From: a virus
Strand: one strand, 5' to 3'
Virus record (IMG/VR): IMGVR_UViG_3300011266_000026
Length of the DNA stretch: 37,995 bases
Shown one piece after another: positions 25,620 to 34,336 of the stretch. The notes beneath the pieces were generated by a model. The model ran no database searches, had not been told where the DNA came from, and saw nothing but the letters and a program-made list of their open reading frames with translations. The translations under genes were made by a program, and so were the position numbers. Position 1 is the stretch's first letter. Every line of letters begins with the position of its first letter.

Positions 25620-26438
25620 ATGAGTAACATAATAAAAACCAGCGATGGTATCTCTCCTGACGTATTTACGTCTAAATCACAATCTTCAGATGATGGATCT
25701 CTCAGTCAATCTTCTAATAGAATGTCAGAGTCAAATACTGACTTCACGAATGAGAAAGAATATGTTCCAAGTAAAAATGTTCAAGAAGCAAAAAAGCTTT
25801 TAACAACATTTCGTAAGAAAATGACGGAATATCCAAAACATTTATCTTATGAAGGTTCTATGGTTTTATGTGTTTTATTAGCAATGAAACCTATAGCTTG
25901 TGTTAATATAAATAATATTCCAACAGTTGATCAAACTTTAATTAGAGAACTTTTAGTTTTAAAATCCGGAATTGAGCCTTCGGAATTTATTGGTACATTT
26001 GATGTTAAATTTGACAATAATAAAGATTTTATATTGATTTTTAATCCACCAGCAAATAAGGATATTATATTGCACCTTTTCAATACGGTAGCTCATCCAC
26101 GTCCAATCGATCTTAAAGAAAGCAATGATGTACCTGTTGAAAATGATGGAGAAAAAATTGCTGTGGGAGGAAGAATTCATCTTAACAAGAAAAATATTCA
26201 AAAGCTTGTTGGAATTGAACCTCGGGAAGAAAAATTAAATGATACCGATGAACGACAATATACACCCCCTACAAAACAAATTGGAAGAAATGCATATGAA
26301 ATTCGTGCTGATGTTCTTCAAATGGCAATTGACTGGGCAAAAACTGAAGACGGTCACGGACAATATACTAAGCCTTCAGATGATGATGTTATTGCATTGG
26401 CAAAGAAATTCTATTCATTTGTAGAAAATCGTCGTTAA
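25620..26438 (+). CDS. hypothetical protein (272 aa)
   Basis: Long ORF. Confidence 0.8.
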   Translation: MSNIIKTSDGISPDVFTSKSQSSDDGSLSQSSNRMSESNTDFTNEKEYVPSKNVQEAKKLLTTFRKKMTEYPKHLSYEGSMVLCVLLAMKPIACVNINNIPTVDQTLIRELLVLKSGIEPSEFIGTFDVKFDNNKDFILIFNPPANKDIILHLFNTVAHPRPIDLKESNDVPVENDGEKIAVGGRIHLNKKNIQKLVGIEPREEKLNDTDERQYTPPTKQIGRNAYEIRADVLQMAIDWAKTEDGHGQYTKPSDDDVIALAKKFYSFVENRR

Positions 26439-26440
26439 TT

Positions 26441-26743
26441 ATGCCAAGCCCAGAACAACTTCAAGAATGGCATAAGTTATTTACTCGAATTGAACGAGTA
26501 GATGATTATCGTAAGCTAAAAGAATTATATTCTTCCACTGTAAATCAAATAGAAAAATTAACTGAAGATATTTCTCAGTTTCAACCTCCCAGAAATCCAA
26601 GAGAAGATGCTTCACAGTGTCATGATAAAATGAAACTTGGAATGCTTACTAAGCAAAAGTCTCGGCTTGAAAAGCAATTGAGTTTACTTGAAAAACAAAT
26701 ACAAAATGACATGGAATTGACTAGCAAGGAAAATTATGAGTAA
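26441..26743 (+). CDS. coiled-coil hypothetical protein (100 aa)
   Basis: ORF. Confidence 0.7.
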   Translation: MPSPEQLQEWHKLFTRIERVDDYRKLKELYSSTVNQIEKLTEDISQFQPPRNPREDASQCHDKMKLGMLTKQKSRLEKQLSLLEKQIQNDMELTSKENYE

Positions 26744-27470
26744 TTTATCATTAATGTCTATTATGAGAGATGATCCAGATTTTGGTCGTCGGTTACAGAA
26801 AAAAGTTCAAGATATTAAAGAAGACAAAAAGCATATTAATGAAACTGCTGAAGAATATAGTAAACGTTATAAACAAGAAATCATTGACGGAACTGAGCTT
26901 CGTGCCAAACTTTTAACTGAAGGTTCTGCAAAAGGGTTAAGTGAACAAGAAATCATGGCAAGTTATGGAAAATTTGTACCTACAGTTTATACTCCAATTC
27001 TTAATATGCTTTATTTCTTACTTAGAGAAAGTGAACCACAAGATGTTAGAAAATATAGACAGAGAGATGCTATCAATGAAGCACTTATAAAAGCAAAACA
27101 ATTAAATCATGATAGTAATGAGAAAGATCTTACCGAAGCCGAATTAACATCTATTTTGGATGCAAAACTAAAAGAATTGCACGAACAAACTGAAGCAGAT
27201 GAACGTAGAAAAGAACTTAATTGGAAATTTCAACAGGAACAAGTAAATAGACCCAAGGAAGAAGAAGTATCGTTAAAAGAACCAGAAGATATGGAAACTT
27301 ATTTATTTGGTCATTTAACGCTAGATCAATTCAATACTCTTAAGAAATTAAAATCACTGACTTATTCAAGTAATATTGATGAAGCAAGTCTAGCTTTCAA
27401 AAAAGGCAAAGAATTGGCACAAAAGTATAAAGTTGATTGGGAGAAAATTCCATCTTATTACAAAAAATGA
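26736..27470 (+). CDS. hypothetical protein (244 aa)
   Basis: Long ORF, overlaps neighbours by a few nt. Confidence 0.8.
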   Translation: MSNLSLMSIMRDDPDFGRRLQKKVQDIKEDKKHINETAEEYSKRYKQEIIDGTELRAKLLTEGSAKGLSEQEIMASYGKFVPTVYTPILNMLYFLLRESEPQDVRKYRQRDAINEALIKAKQLNHDSNEKDLTEAELTSILDAKLKELHEQTEADERRKELNWKFQQEQVNRPKEEEVSLKEPEDMETYLFGHLTLDQFNTLKKLKSLTYSSNIDEASLAFKKGKELAQKYKVDWEKIPSYYKK

Positions 27471-27928
27471 AAATTAGAAATCTTAAATATGATGAAATAA
27501 ATTTTGTTTCTAAAATAGTTGGAAAAAACTATTCAAAAGTTTATGAACGTTCTTCTAAACAAGAGTTCGGAGCAATGTTTTCCAATCCAGTTATTCCTCC
27601 AAATTATTTAGTTGCGGAAAACAACGGTCATATTTTAGGATGTTGTGGATATATCCAATCATGGATGGATTATGGAGTTTATCAAATCTATTGGGTTAAT
27701 GTTTTGCCTAAACATCAAGGTAATGGTATTGGTACTTCTCTCGTAAATGCAGCTATAAAGAGAATAAAATCCATTAGGGGAAATGGCAAGGCTACTATGA
27801 TTTTATTAACTGCAAAGGGGAAAAATGTAGGATTTTATAGGACAAAATTCGGGTTTAAGAAACTTCATTGGTTGGATGAAGATGAATATTTGATGGGACT
27901 TAGTATAAATGACAAAATAAAAAATTGA
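27467..27928 (+). CDS. GNAT-family N-acetyltransferase
   Basis: VNVLPKHQGNGIGTSLVNAAIKRIKS acetyl-CoA-binding motif; YRTKFGFKKL. Confidence 0.9.
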   Translation: MKIRNLKYDEINFVSKIVGKNYSKVYERSSKQEFGAMFSNPVIPPNYLVAENNGHILGCCGYIQSWMDYGVYQIYWVNVLPKHQGNGIGTSLVNAAIKRIKSIRGNGKATMILLTAKGKNVGFYRTKFGFKKLHWLDEDEYLMGLSINDKIKN

Positions 27929-27953
27929 CATTTAATAGTCCTAATAATACAAT
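27925..27953 (+). promoter_or_regulatory. promoter TTGACA-N17-TACAAT
   Basis: Near-consensus; 10 nt before ATG 27964. Confidence 0.7.
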
Positions 27954-27963
27954 AGTTACAATT

Positions 27964-28149
27964 ATGGATGTTGCCTCACAAATCGCAGCCCTAAAATATG
28001 CCATTTACATTTGTGAAATGCGTAAAAGTGGGTCTCTCAAGAAAGAAGCTTATATTGTTGCTTGTGATGACATCAAACTTTTTTTAGAAGCTGCTATAGA
28101 ACGATTAGAATGTGGAGAACAAATGGAGAGTATTTCAATCTGTCAATGA
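27964..28149 (+). CDS. hypothetical protein (MDVASQIAALKYAIYICEM...)
   Basis: Internal ATG of ORF 27925..28149. Confidence 0.6.
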   Translation: MDVASQIAALKYAIYICEMRKSGSLKKEAYIVACDDIKLFLEAAIERLECGEQMESISICQ

Positions 28150-28150
28150 T

Positions 28151-29092
28151 ATGGATAAATCAAGTAAAATTTATGTCGCTGGTCATAATGGTCTTGTTGG
28201 AAGTGCTTTGTGGAGAAATTTACACAAACAAGGTTATACAAATGTTTTTGGAGCATCACATCAAACATTAGATTTAACAAATGCAAATGAGGTAATGGAT
28301 GCGTTTTCTGTTAGTAAACCAGAATATGTATTTCTTGCTGCGGCAAAAGTAGGTGGCATCCATGCAAATGATATAATGCCAGCAGATTTTATTTATCAAA
28401 ATCTTGCAATTCAAACTAATGTTATCAATGCATGTCATGAACATAAAGTAAAAAAATTAGTATTTTTAGGAAGTGTTTGTATTTATCCAAAATATGCTGA
28501 AGTTCCAGTTAAAGAAGAGTCATTATTAACAGGTGAACTTGAACCAACAAATCAATGGTATGCAGTTGCAAAAATTGCAGGCATAAAAATGTGTCAAGCA
28601 TATAGAAGACAATATCAGGATGATTTTATTTCTGTAATGCCCTGTAATTTATATGGAATTGGTGATAATTTTCATCCTACAAATTCACATGTTATTCCTG
28701 CTCTTATTCGCAAATTCGTTGAAGCGAATAAACGTGGAGATAAAACGGTTACATGTTGGGGTTCGGGAACTGCAAGAAGAGAATTTCTTTATGTTGATGA
28801 TATGGCAGATGCGTGTATCTTTTTAATGGAAAATTATAGTCAAGAACAAATCATTAATATTGGATATGGAGAAGATTACACTATAAAAGAATTAGTAGAA
28901 TTGATTGCAGAGTTAACTAATTTCAAGGGGGATATTCAATGGGACACTTCAAAACCTGATGGAACTCCTAAACGAATGTTAGACTCGTCAAAATTATTTA
29001 ATCTCGGTTGGAAGCCGAAAATTGATCTTCGTGAAGGATTGACAAGAGCTATAAAATGGTTTACATTACATGAAGAAAACAAAAAGTTATGA
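28151..29092 (+). CDS. fcl: GDP-L-fucose synthase-like short-chain dehydrogenase/epimerase
   Basis: VAGHNGLVGSA Rossmann motif, AAAKVGGIHAN, LGSVCIYPK, YAVAKIAG catalytic motif, NLYGIGDNFHPTNSHVIPALIRKF. Confidence 0.92.
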   Translation: MDKSSKIYVAGHNGLVGSALWRNLHKQGYTNVFGASHQTLDLTNANEVMDAFSVSKPEYVFLAAAKVGGIHANDIMPADFIYQNLAIQTNVINACHEHKVKKLVFLGSVCIYPKYAEVPVKEESLLTGELEPTNQWYAVAKIAGIKMCQAYRRQYQDDFISVMPCNLYGIGDNFHPTNSHVIPALIRKFVEANKRGDKTVTCWGSGTARREFLYVDDMADACIFLMENYSQEQIINIGYGEDYTIKELVELIAELTNFKGDIQWDTSKPDGTPKRMLDSSKLFNLGWKPKIDLREGLTRAIKWFTLHEENKKL

Positions 29093-29262
29093 ATGTAATC
29101 CAAAGACTAGAAAAATTTCTACAAAATAATAATGGGAAAACTATCCCTTCCATTAGATATTTTGATGGCAATACTATGTATTCAGATAAAGATGGAAATT
29201 ATTCCTCTCCTTCATTAGAACAATCTTTAGAACTTTTTTTAAAAGAAAATGAACCCAATTGA
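29089..29262 (+). CDS. small hypothetical protein (57 aa), absent from the ORF track
   Basis: MNVIQRLEKFLQNNNGKTIPSIRYFDGNTMYSDKDGNYSSPSLEQSLELFLKENEPN*, ATGA-coupled to the upstream gene. Confidence 0.55.
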   Translation: MNVIQRLEKFLQNNNGKTIPSIRYFDGNTMYSDKDGNYSSPSLEQSLELFLKENEPN

Positions 29263-29686
29263 AAAAACATTAGATTATTGGATAAATTTGGCTCGGCAGA
29301 TTGCAATTACTGCTCATCAAGGTCAATTTAGACGTGATAAAGTTACCCCATACATTAAACATGTAGAAGCAGTTGCAAATGCATTAGAAAAACGTCTGCA
29401 ACCGATTGGTTGGTTGCATGATGTTGTTGAAGATACTGACATAACATTAGAAGATTTGAAAAATTATGGGTTTCCACAATACGTTATTGATGGAGTAGAT
29501 TTAATGACACATCGAAAAAATGTTACCAATATGGATTATTGGCGAAATATGCTACAAAATGTAGATGTTGTTACTGTCAAAATTGCAGATATTAAGTACA
29601 ATTTAGGAGATAATCCTACAGAACAGCAAAAACAAAAATATCAACGTGCATTGAAATTGTTTGTTGATGCTGGATATACAATTTGA
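29249..29686 (+). CDS. HD-domain hydrolase of SpoT/MESH1-like type
   Basis: AHQGQFRRDKVTPYIKHVEAVA, GWLHDVVEDTDIT, VKIADIKYNLGD. Confidence 0.85.
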   Translation: MNPIEKTLDYWINLARQIAITAHQGQFRRDKVTPYIKHVEAVANALEKRLQPIGWLHDVVEDTDITLEDLKNYGFPQYVIDGVDLMTHRKNVTNMDYWRNMLQNVDVVTVKIADIKYNLGDNPTEQQKQKYQRALKLFVDAGYTI

Positions 29687-29694
29687 TTTTTAAC

Positions 29695-29725
29695 TTGACA
29701 TATCTGATTAACTTAATTAGACTTA
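29695..29725 (+). promoter_or_regulatory. promoter TTGACA-N17-TAGACT
   Basis: TTGACATATCTGATTAACTTAATTAGACT upstream of the OMP gene. Confidence 0.65.
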
Positions 29726-29785
29726 CCACTCAAACTGTAAACCCGTAGCTAAAGTACGCTACATAAAATAAAGATAAAAATAACT

Positions 29786-30373
29786 ATGAGAAACTATAAG
29801 AAATTAATTGCAGGCGTTTTGATCGCCATTGCTCTTACGTTTGCAACTTCAACGTTCGCTGTAACTGTTGAAAAAGGTTATGGCACATTTCAACCATTTC
29901 AACCAGCACAAACTGAAGTTCAACAATCGTCTCTGTTCAATGGAGATGAAGTCGGCTTGAGTCTTAGTACTGGTTATGTGGTGGATCGTTCTACTCCATT
30001 TGAGGGGGATTATACATTTAATTTGACTGCCGGAGCATTTTATTTTCCTACTCGTTATTTGGGTTTGGAAGCGAATGTTCCATTTTATCAGACTGATGGT
30101 GTATCAGTTGATGAAGTGCAAGCTGGTGTATTGTTCCGTTTACCATTGGGAACAACAACTCCACTGTTTAAAAATGTAGCACCTTATGTTGGTGTTGGTG
30201 GAGTTTATAATTGGGATGCTAATGATAAATGGGCATACATTGCTAAGGGTGGAATTGAAGTTCGCTTAAATAGCAAGTGGGGAGTATTTGCTGAAGGTCA
30301 ATATCGTAATAACGATTTTACTTGGCAAGATGGAGTTACATCTGTCCAAGGTGGGCTTCGTATTGTATTCTAA
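29786..30373 (+). CDS. outer-membrane beta-barrel protein with signal peptide
   Basis: MRNYKKLIAGVLIAIALTFATSTFA signal; alternating beta strands; terminal ...VQGGLRIVF (C-terminal Phe). Confidence 0.85.
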   Translation: MRNYKKLIAGVLIAIALTFATSTFAVTVEKGYGTFQPFQPAQTEVQQSSLFNGDEVGLSLSTGYVVDRSTPFEGDYTFNLTAGAFYFPTRYLGLEANVPFYQTDGVSVDEVQAGVLFRLPLGTTTPLFKNVAPYVGVGGVYNWDANDKWAYIAKGGIEVRLNSKWGVFAEGQYRNNDFTWQDGVTSVQGGLRIVF

Positions 30374-30381
30374 TTAACTAA

Positions 30382-30401
30382 TTTGCTGAGAAATCAGCAA
30401 A
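30382..30401 (+). other. TTTGCTGA-GAAA-TCAGCAAA hairpin (GNRA tetraloop)
   Basis: 8 perfect bp closing GAAA immediately after the OMP stop. Confidence 0.7.
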
Positions 30402-30439
30402 TGGTGGAGGGCAAGTCAGATAATGGCTACGCCCCTAAC

Positions 30440-30475
30440 GGCGAGAGGATGTAACAGTCTTCTCGCCATTTTTTC
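30440..30475 (+). terminator. terminator
   Basis: GGCGAGA ... TCTCGCC followed by ATTTTTTC. Confidence 0.8.
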
Positions 30476-30483
30476 TTGACCGT

Positions 30484-30512
30484 ATATCAATATTAGGATA
30501 ACATATTGATAT
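30484..30512. promoter_or_regulatory. perfect 10-bp inverted repeat overlapping the start codon of the HNH gene
   Basis: ATATCAATAT-TAGGATAAC-ATATTGATAT. Confidence 0.75.
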
Positions 30513-30807
30513 GAGTGTTAAAATGGACAATTGTGTTTTTTGTGGTATATTTACCAGCACAAGAGGACATCACATAATTCCACGTTGTAAAGGAGGAACT
30601 GAAACTGTTCCAACCTGTCAAACCTGTGAAGATTACATCCATAAAACATGGTCTCATAATGAACTCCGAGACATTTATAATAATGTAGAGACTATTTTGT
30701 CCGATGAAAGATTTAAAAAGTTTTTGAAATGGAGACGGAAACAAACTCCGGAAACTTTGTTTAAATCTGATAGAGGAAATTTTAGAACTAAGAGAAGATT
30801 TTCATGA
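30511..30807 (+). CDS. small HNH endonuclease-like protein
   Basis: CVFCG...[11 protein letters not shown]...[12 protein letters not shown]. Confidence 0.85.
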   Translation: MSVKMDNCVFCGIFTSTRGHHIIPRCKGGTETVPTCQTCEDYIHKTWSHNELRDIYNNVETILSDERFKKFLKWRRKQTPETLFKSDRGNFRTKRRFS

Positions 30808-31184
30808 AATGGCCAACTTTACATGGAAGATTGAAACATCCATTAATATCTACACAAGAAGCACTTGAACAATTATCACAATCAGTAGAATTGACTTCAT
30901 TTGGAAAACAAAAGTTAAAACGATTACAAACGACTAATCATCATTTTGTGTATATTCTGAAATGCATTGACAATTCGTTGTATACAGGTTATACTACAGA
31001 TGTTAATAAAAGATGTAATGTTCATAATCGTGGAAAAGGTGCTAAGTATACTCGGACACGTTTGCCAGTAAAATTGGTATATGTTGAAGAATTTTCTACA
31101 AAATCAGAGGCATTGAAACGAGAATATCAAATTAAACAAATGACTCGTAAACAAAAAGAAAGACTTATTGATGAAAAAGCTTAA
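30804..31184 (+). CDS. GIY-YIG nuclease domain protein (UPF0213/YhbQ-like)
   Basis: [46 protein letters not shown]. Confidence 0.9.
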   Translation: MKWPTLHGRLKHPLISTQEALEQLSQSVELTSFGKQKLKRLQTTNHHFVYILKCIDNSLYTGYTTDVNKRCNVHNRGKGAKYTRTRLPVKLVYVEEFSTKSEALKREYQIKQMTRKQKERLIDEKA

Positions 31185-31515
31185 TGAAATGTCTGTGACG
31201 GAATTGTCTCAACTTTCCTATAAAATCTCTAAAGAAATAACTGAGCGAGAGATTAACGAACGGATTGCAAAAAATAAAAATAAAAGTCTGAGTGAAATAT
31301 TACGAGAGTTTTATCACTTTGGTTTTCAAGTCCCAACAGGAACGAATATATGGTTTATAGAGAATGAAGGATTTTTTGGAATGGAAGTTGGTCGGTATAC
31401 ACATTCTTGTCATGTAGATACGACGGATTTTATTGTATTGCTTGTTTTGGGAGACACTAAGAATTATGTAGAGAGTTTCTCAGATATGTGGTTATCTAAA
31501 AAATTTACTGTCTAA
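31168..31515 (+). CDS. hypothetical protein (115 aa)
   Basis: ORF. Confidence 0.65.
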   Translation: MMKKLNEMSVTELSQLSYKISKEITEREINERIAKNKNKSLSEILREFYHFGFQVPTGTNIWFIENEGFFGMEVGRYTHSCHVDTTDFIVLLVLGDTKNYVESFSDMWLSKKFTV

Positions 31516-31518
31516 TTT

Positions 31519-31761
31519 ATGGAAGATAAGATCGATAGAGATAAAGCTCTTCAAGATGCATACAATATATTGCGAATTGGACAACCAGTTCAAATTCGTT
31601 GGCCGGTAATGTTTGCAAGAGGAACTATTATGGACAAATATCTGGAAATTGGAGTAAATAATCGTAAAGAATTGTATATTGATGTTGTCTTGGGAAACGA
31701 TGATATTGTTGAACATTATCTTTGTTATTCTGGATTTTATCCACGATATGATTTATTATGA
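31519..31761 (+). CDS. hypothetical protein (80 aa)
   Basis: ORF, ATGA coupling to the next gene. Confidence 0.65.
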   Translation: MEDKIDRDKALQDAYNILRIGQPVQIRWPVMFARGTIMDKYLEIGVNNRKELYIDVVLGNDDIVEHYLCYSGFYPRYDLL

Positions 31762-32480
31762 AAATACTTGTTACATCTGGCGGAACTAAAATTCCAATTG
31801 ATCGTGTCCGTGACATAACTAATATGTCAAAGGGAACATTTGGATCGAAAATTGCAACAGAACTTTTGAAGATGAACCATACTGTTGTATTTTTTAAAGC
31901 AAAGGGGTCTGTGACTCCATTTGAAATGAAGATCGATTTGAAAAATGATTATACTACTATTTCCCGCCAACTTCTCGCTCGGCATCAAGAATTAGAATTT
32001 TTCAAGGATAACTATTTGGAATATGAATATTCTACATTTGACCAATATGCCGAAGCATTAAAATTTGTCATAGGAGTAGAACAGCCAGATGTTATTTTAC
32101 TCGCCGCCGCAGTTAGTGATTATGGGGTAGAGAACTTTGTAAATGGAAAAGTTCGTTCTAACGATATGTTTACTATCAAATTAAATCAGCTTCCAAAGCT
32201 TATTTATTATGTGAAGGAATGGGCACCAAATGCAAAATTAGTTGGATTTAAATTGTTGGTAAATAGCAAAACTTCCGAATTAATTTCGGCAGCTAAAAGA
32301 AGTATACAAGACAATAAATGTGATATGATTGTTGCTAATGATTTACAAGAAATTAAGGATAACAATCATATAGTTCATCTTGTATTTCCTAAACAGAATA
32401 CTAAAACATATAAAACAGATCCTAAAGATCCAAATTTTTTGGCTCGAATGGTAGCGGAACATAGCACAAAATTATGCTAG
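31758..32480 (+). CDS. phosphopantothenoylcysteine synthetase (CoaB/DFP)-like protein, stand-alone
   Basis: VTSGGTKIPIDRVRDITNMSKGTFG, AAAVSDY, VGFKLL, CDMIVAND. Confidence 0.85.
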   Translation: MKILVTSGGTKIPIDRVRDITNMSKGTFGSKIATELLKMNHTVVFFKAKGSVTPFEMKIDLKNDYTTISRQLLARHQELEFFKDNYLEYEYSTFDQYAEALKFVIGVEQPDVILLAAAVSDYGVENFVNGKVRSNDMFTIKLNQLPKLIYYVKEWAPNAKLVGFKLLVNSKTSELISAAKRSIQDNKCDMIVANDLQEIKDNNHIVHLVFPKQNTKTYKTDPKDPNFLARMVAEHSTKLC

Positions 32481-32812
32481 AATTAACTGAAGAACAATGG
32501 AATACTTTATTTGAAGAAGTTGATCACACTGTTTGTAAAGCTATTGACGATTTACCTCCAGAAATTCAGAAAAAAGCGGAAGAAGTGGGATGTGTTGTAG
32601 ATAAATACACTAATAGAGAAGGGTGGAAGTTACTTGGATGTTATATAGCAGGAACAAATGGTCCAATTGTAATTTATATAGGACAAATTTTCGAAGATTG
32701 TCATCAAGAAATAAAAGCAGCTATGGAGTCTGTAAGACAGGTATATTATCATGAATTAGCTCATGCAGTTGGTAACTTGGCGGAATATGAAGTAAAGGAA
32801 CGAGGATTATGA
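32474..32812 (+). CDS. zincin-like metalloprotease (minimal)
   Basis: VIYIGQIFEDC...VRQVYYHELAHAVG (HExxH). Confidence 0.8.
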   Translation: MLELTEEQWNTLFEEVDHTVCKAIDDLPPEIQKKAEEVGCVVDKYTNREGWKLLGCYIAGTNGPIVIYIGQIFEDCHQEIKAAMESVRQVYYHELAHAVGNLAEYEVKERGL

Positions 32813-33930
32813 AAATTCTTCTTGGATTAACGGGTAGTGTTGCGACTGTTTTATATCAAAAATTGATTAAAGAACTCAATATTATTGATGAAGTTGAAGT
32901 TATTCTCACCGAAAAAGCTAAACATTTTGTAAACCAAGATTTCCTTAAGGGCGTTAAAGTTTGGACAGATGAAGATGAATGGCAATGGGAACGAGATGAG
33001 GAAGATTTTGATAATAAATGGGAAAAGAATGATAGAGTCCTTCACATTGAATTGCGAGATACTGCAAGTGCATTGGTAATTGCACCATGTTCGGCAAATA
33101 CATTGGCTAAAATTTCCAATGGTATTTGTGACAATTTATTGACTTCTGTTGCTAGAGCTTGGGATAGAAATCGTCCATTCGTCATTGCCCCGGCGATGAA
33201 TACTCACATGTGGGAACACCCAATTACCGTACAGCATTTGAACAGTTTTAGATCGTTTAGTAAAAATAACTATTGGATACGTCCACAAGAAAAGATGCTT
33301 GCATGTAACACACAAGGTATTGGTGCTTTAGCACAGATAGAAGACATTGTTAATTATACCCAAGAAGCATTACAGTGGCATTTTCCATTACATGATTTAT
33401 ATTGTAATATTCCTAAATGTAATGGTATTCCACAACTTGGTCATCCGGGTGCATTTCTTACAAAACGCAAACACCATACTCATACGGGAGTTGATTTATA
33501 CACCGAAGATGGACAATCTGTGTTTGCAGTTGAAGATGGACTTGTAGTTGGAATTGAAAATTTCACAGGGGCCAGTCAAAATAGTCCTTGGTGGGAAGAG
33601 ACTCAATGTATCCTTATCGAAGGAGCCAGTGGAGTTGTATGTTATGGTGAAGTAATACCATTCACCATTAATGTTCAGGTAGGAAAGAATATTTCTAAAG
33701 GAACCATCATAGCCCGAGTAAAACGAGTTCTATCAGAACATAAACATCGTATGGATATTGAAGGTCATAGTACCAGTATGCTTCATATAGAAATTTACAA
33801 GCACGGAACTCGAAAAGCATTTGAAGAAGATCCAAAATTGGGAGCACTGAGCGATTGGAATGTGCTGGTTGATCCAACTCCATTTTTAATGAATGCTCAT
33901 AATCGTCCAGAAAAATTATTAAAGCCGTGA
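32809..33930 (+). CDS. CoaC/PPC decarboxylase-like flavoprotein fused to a C-terminal M23-like peptidase domain
   Basis: LHIELRDTASALVIAPCSANTLAKISNGICDNLL, APAMNTHMWEHP, MLACNTQGIGAL; then HHTHTGVDLYTEDGQSVFAVEDGLVVG...SMLHIEIY. Confidence 0.85.
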   Translation: MKILLGLTGSVATVLYQKLIKELNIIDEVEVILTEKAKHFVNQDFLKGVKVWTDEDEWQWERDEEDFDNKWEKNDRVLHIELRDTASALVIAPCSANTLAKISNGICDNLLTSVARAWDRNRPFVIAPAMNTHMWEHPITVQHLNSFRSFSKNNYWIRPQEKMLACNTQGIGALAQIEDIVNYTQEALQWHFPLHDLYCNIPKCNGIPQLGHPGAFLTKRKHHTHTGVDLYTEDGQSVFAVEDGLVVGIENFTGASQNSPWWEETQCILIEGASGVVCYGEVIPFTINVQVGKNISKGTIIARVKRVLSEHKHRMDIEGHSTSMLHIEIYKHGTRKAFEEDPKLGALSDWNVLVDPTPFLMNAHNRPEKLLKP

Positions 33931-33936
33931 TATGTT

Positions 33937-34332
33937 TTGATTATGAACAGAGTAATTAAATTTAGAATTTGGGATATTAAAAACAAACTTTGGATTACCG
34001 ATTACGAATTAGATAGTATTTCGAGTTGGAGTCAACCACTAAATTCGGTTTTTTCCGATAATAAAAACTGTATTTTCCAACAATTCACCGGTTTAACCGA
34101 CAGAAACGGGAAGGAAATATATGAGGGAGATATTATATTATGTCCAGACTTAAATCCGCCCGAATATAGTAATACATTGAGTGTAGTAGAATATCATGGT
34201 ACCTGCTTTTGTTATAGAGATTTGCAAAACAATAAGATTGAACCAATTTGGGATTTTATTGGTTTGTCTGACGTTGATGGGGATGGAGAGGTAATTGGTA
34301 ATATTTTCGAAAGCTCTCATCTTTTGAAGTAA
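33937..34332 (+). CDS. YopX-family protein
   Basis: KFRIWD...QQFTGLTDRNGKEIYEGDIIL...GEVIGNIFESSHLL. Confidence 0.85.
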   Translation: MIMNRVIKFRIWDIKNKLWITDYELDSISSWSQPLNSVFSDNKNCIFQQFTGLTDRNGKEIYEGDIILCPDLNPPEYSNTLSVVEYHGTCFCYRDLQNNKIEPIWDFIGLSDVDGDGEVIGNIFESSHLLK

Positions 34333-34336
34333 CTTT

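Noticed and set aside
33347-33547. Out-of-frame ORF within the CoaC-M23 gene
   Set aside because: Contained in a motif-rich frame with clear homology features.
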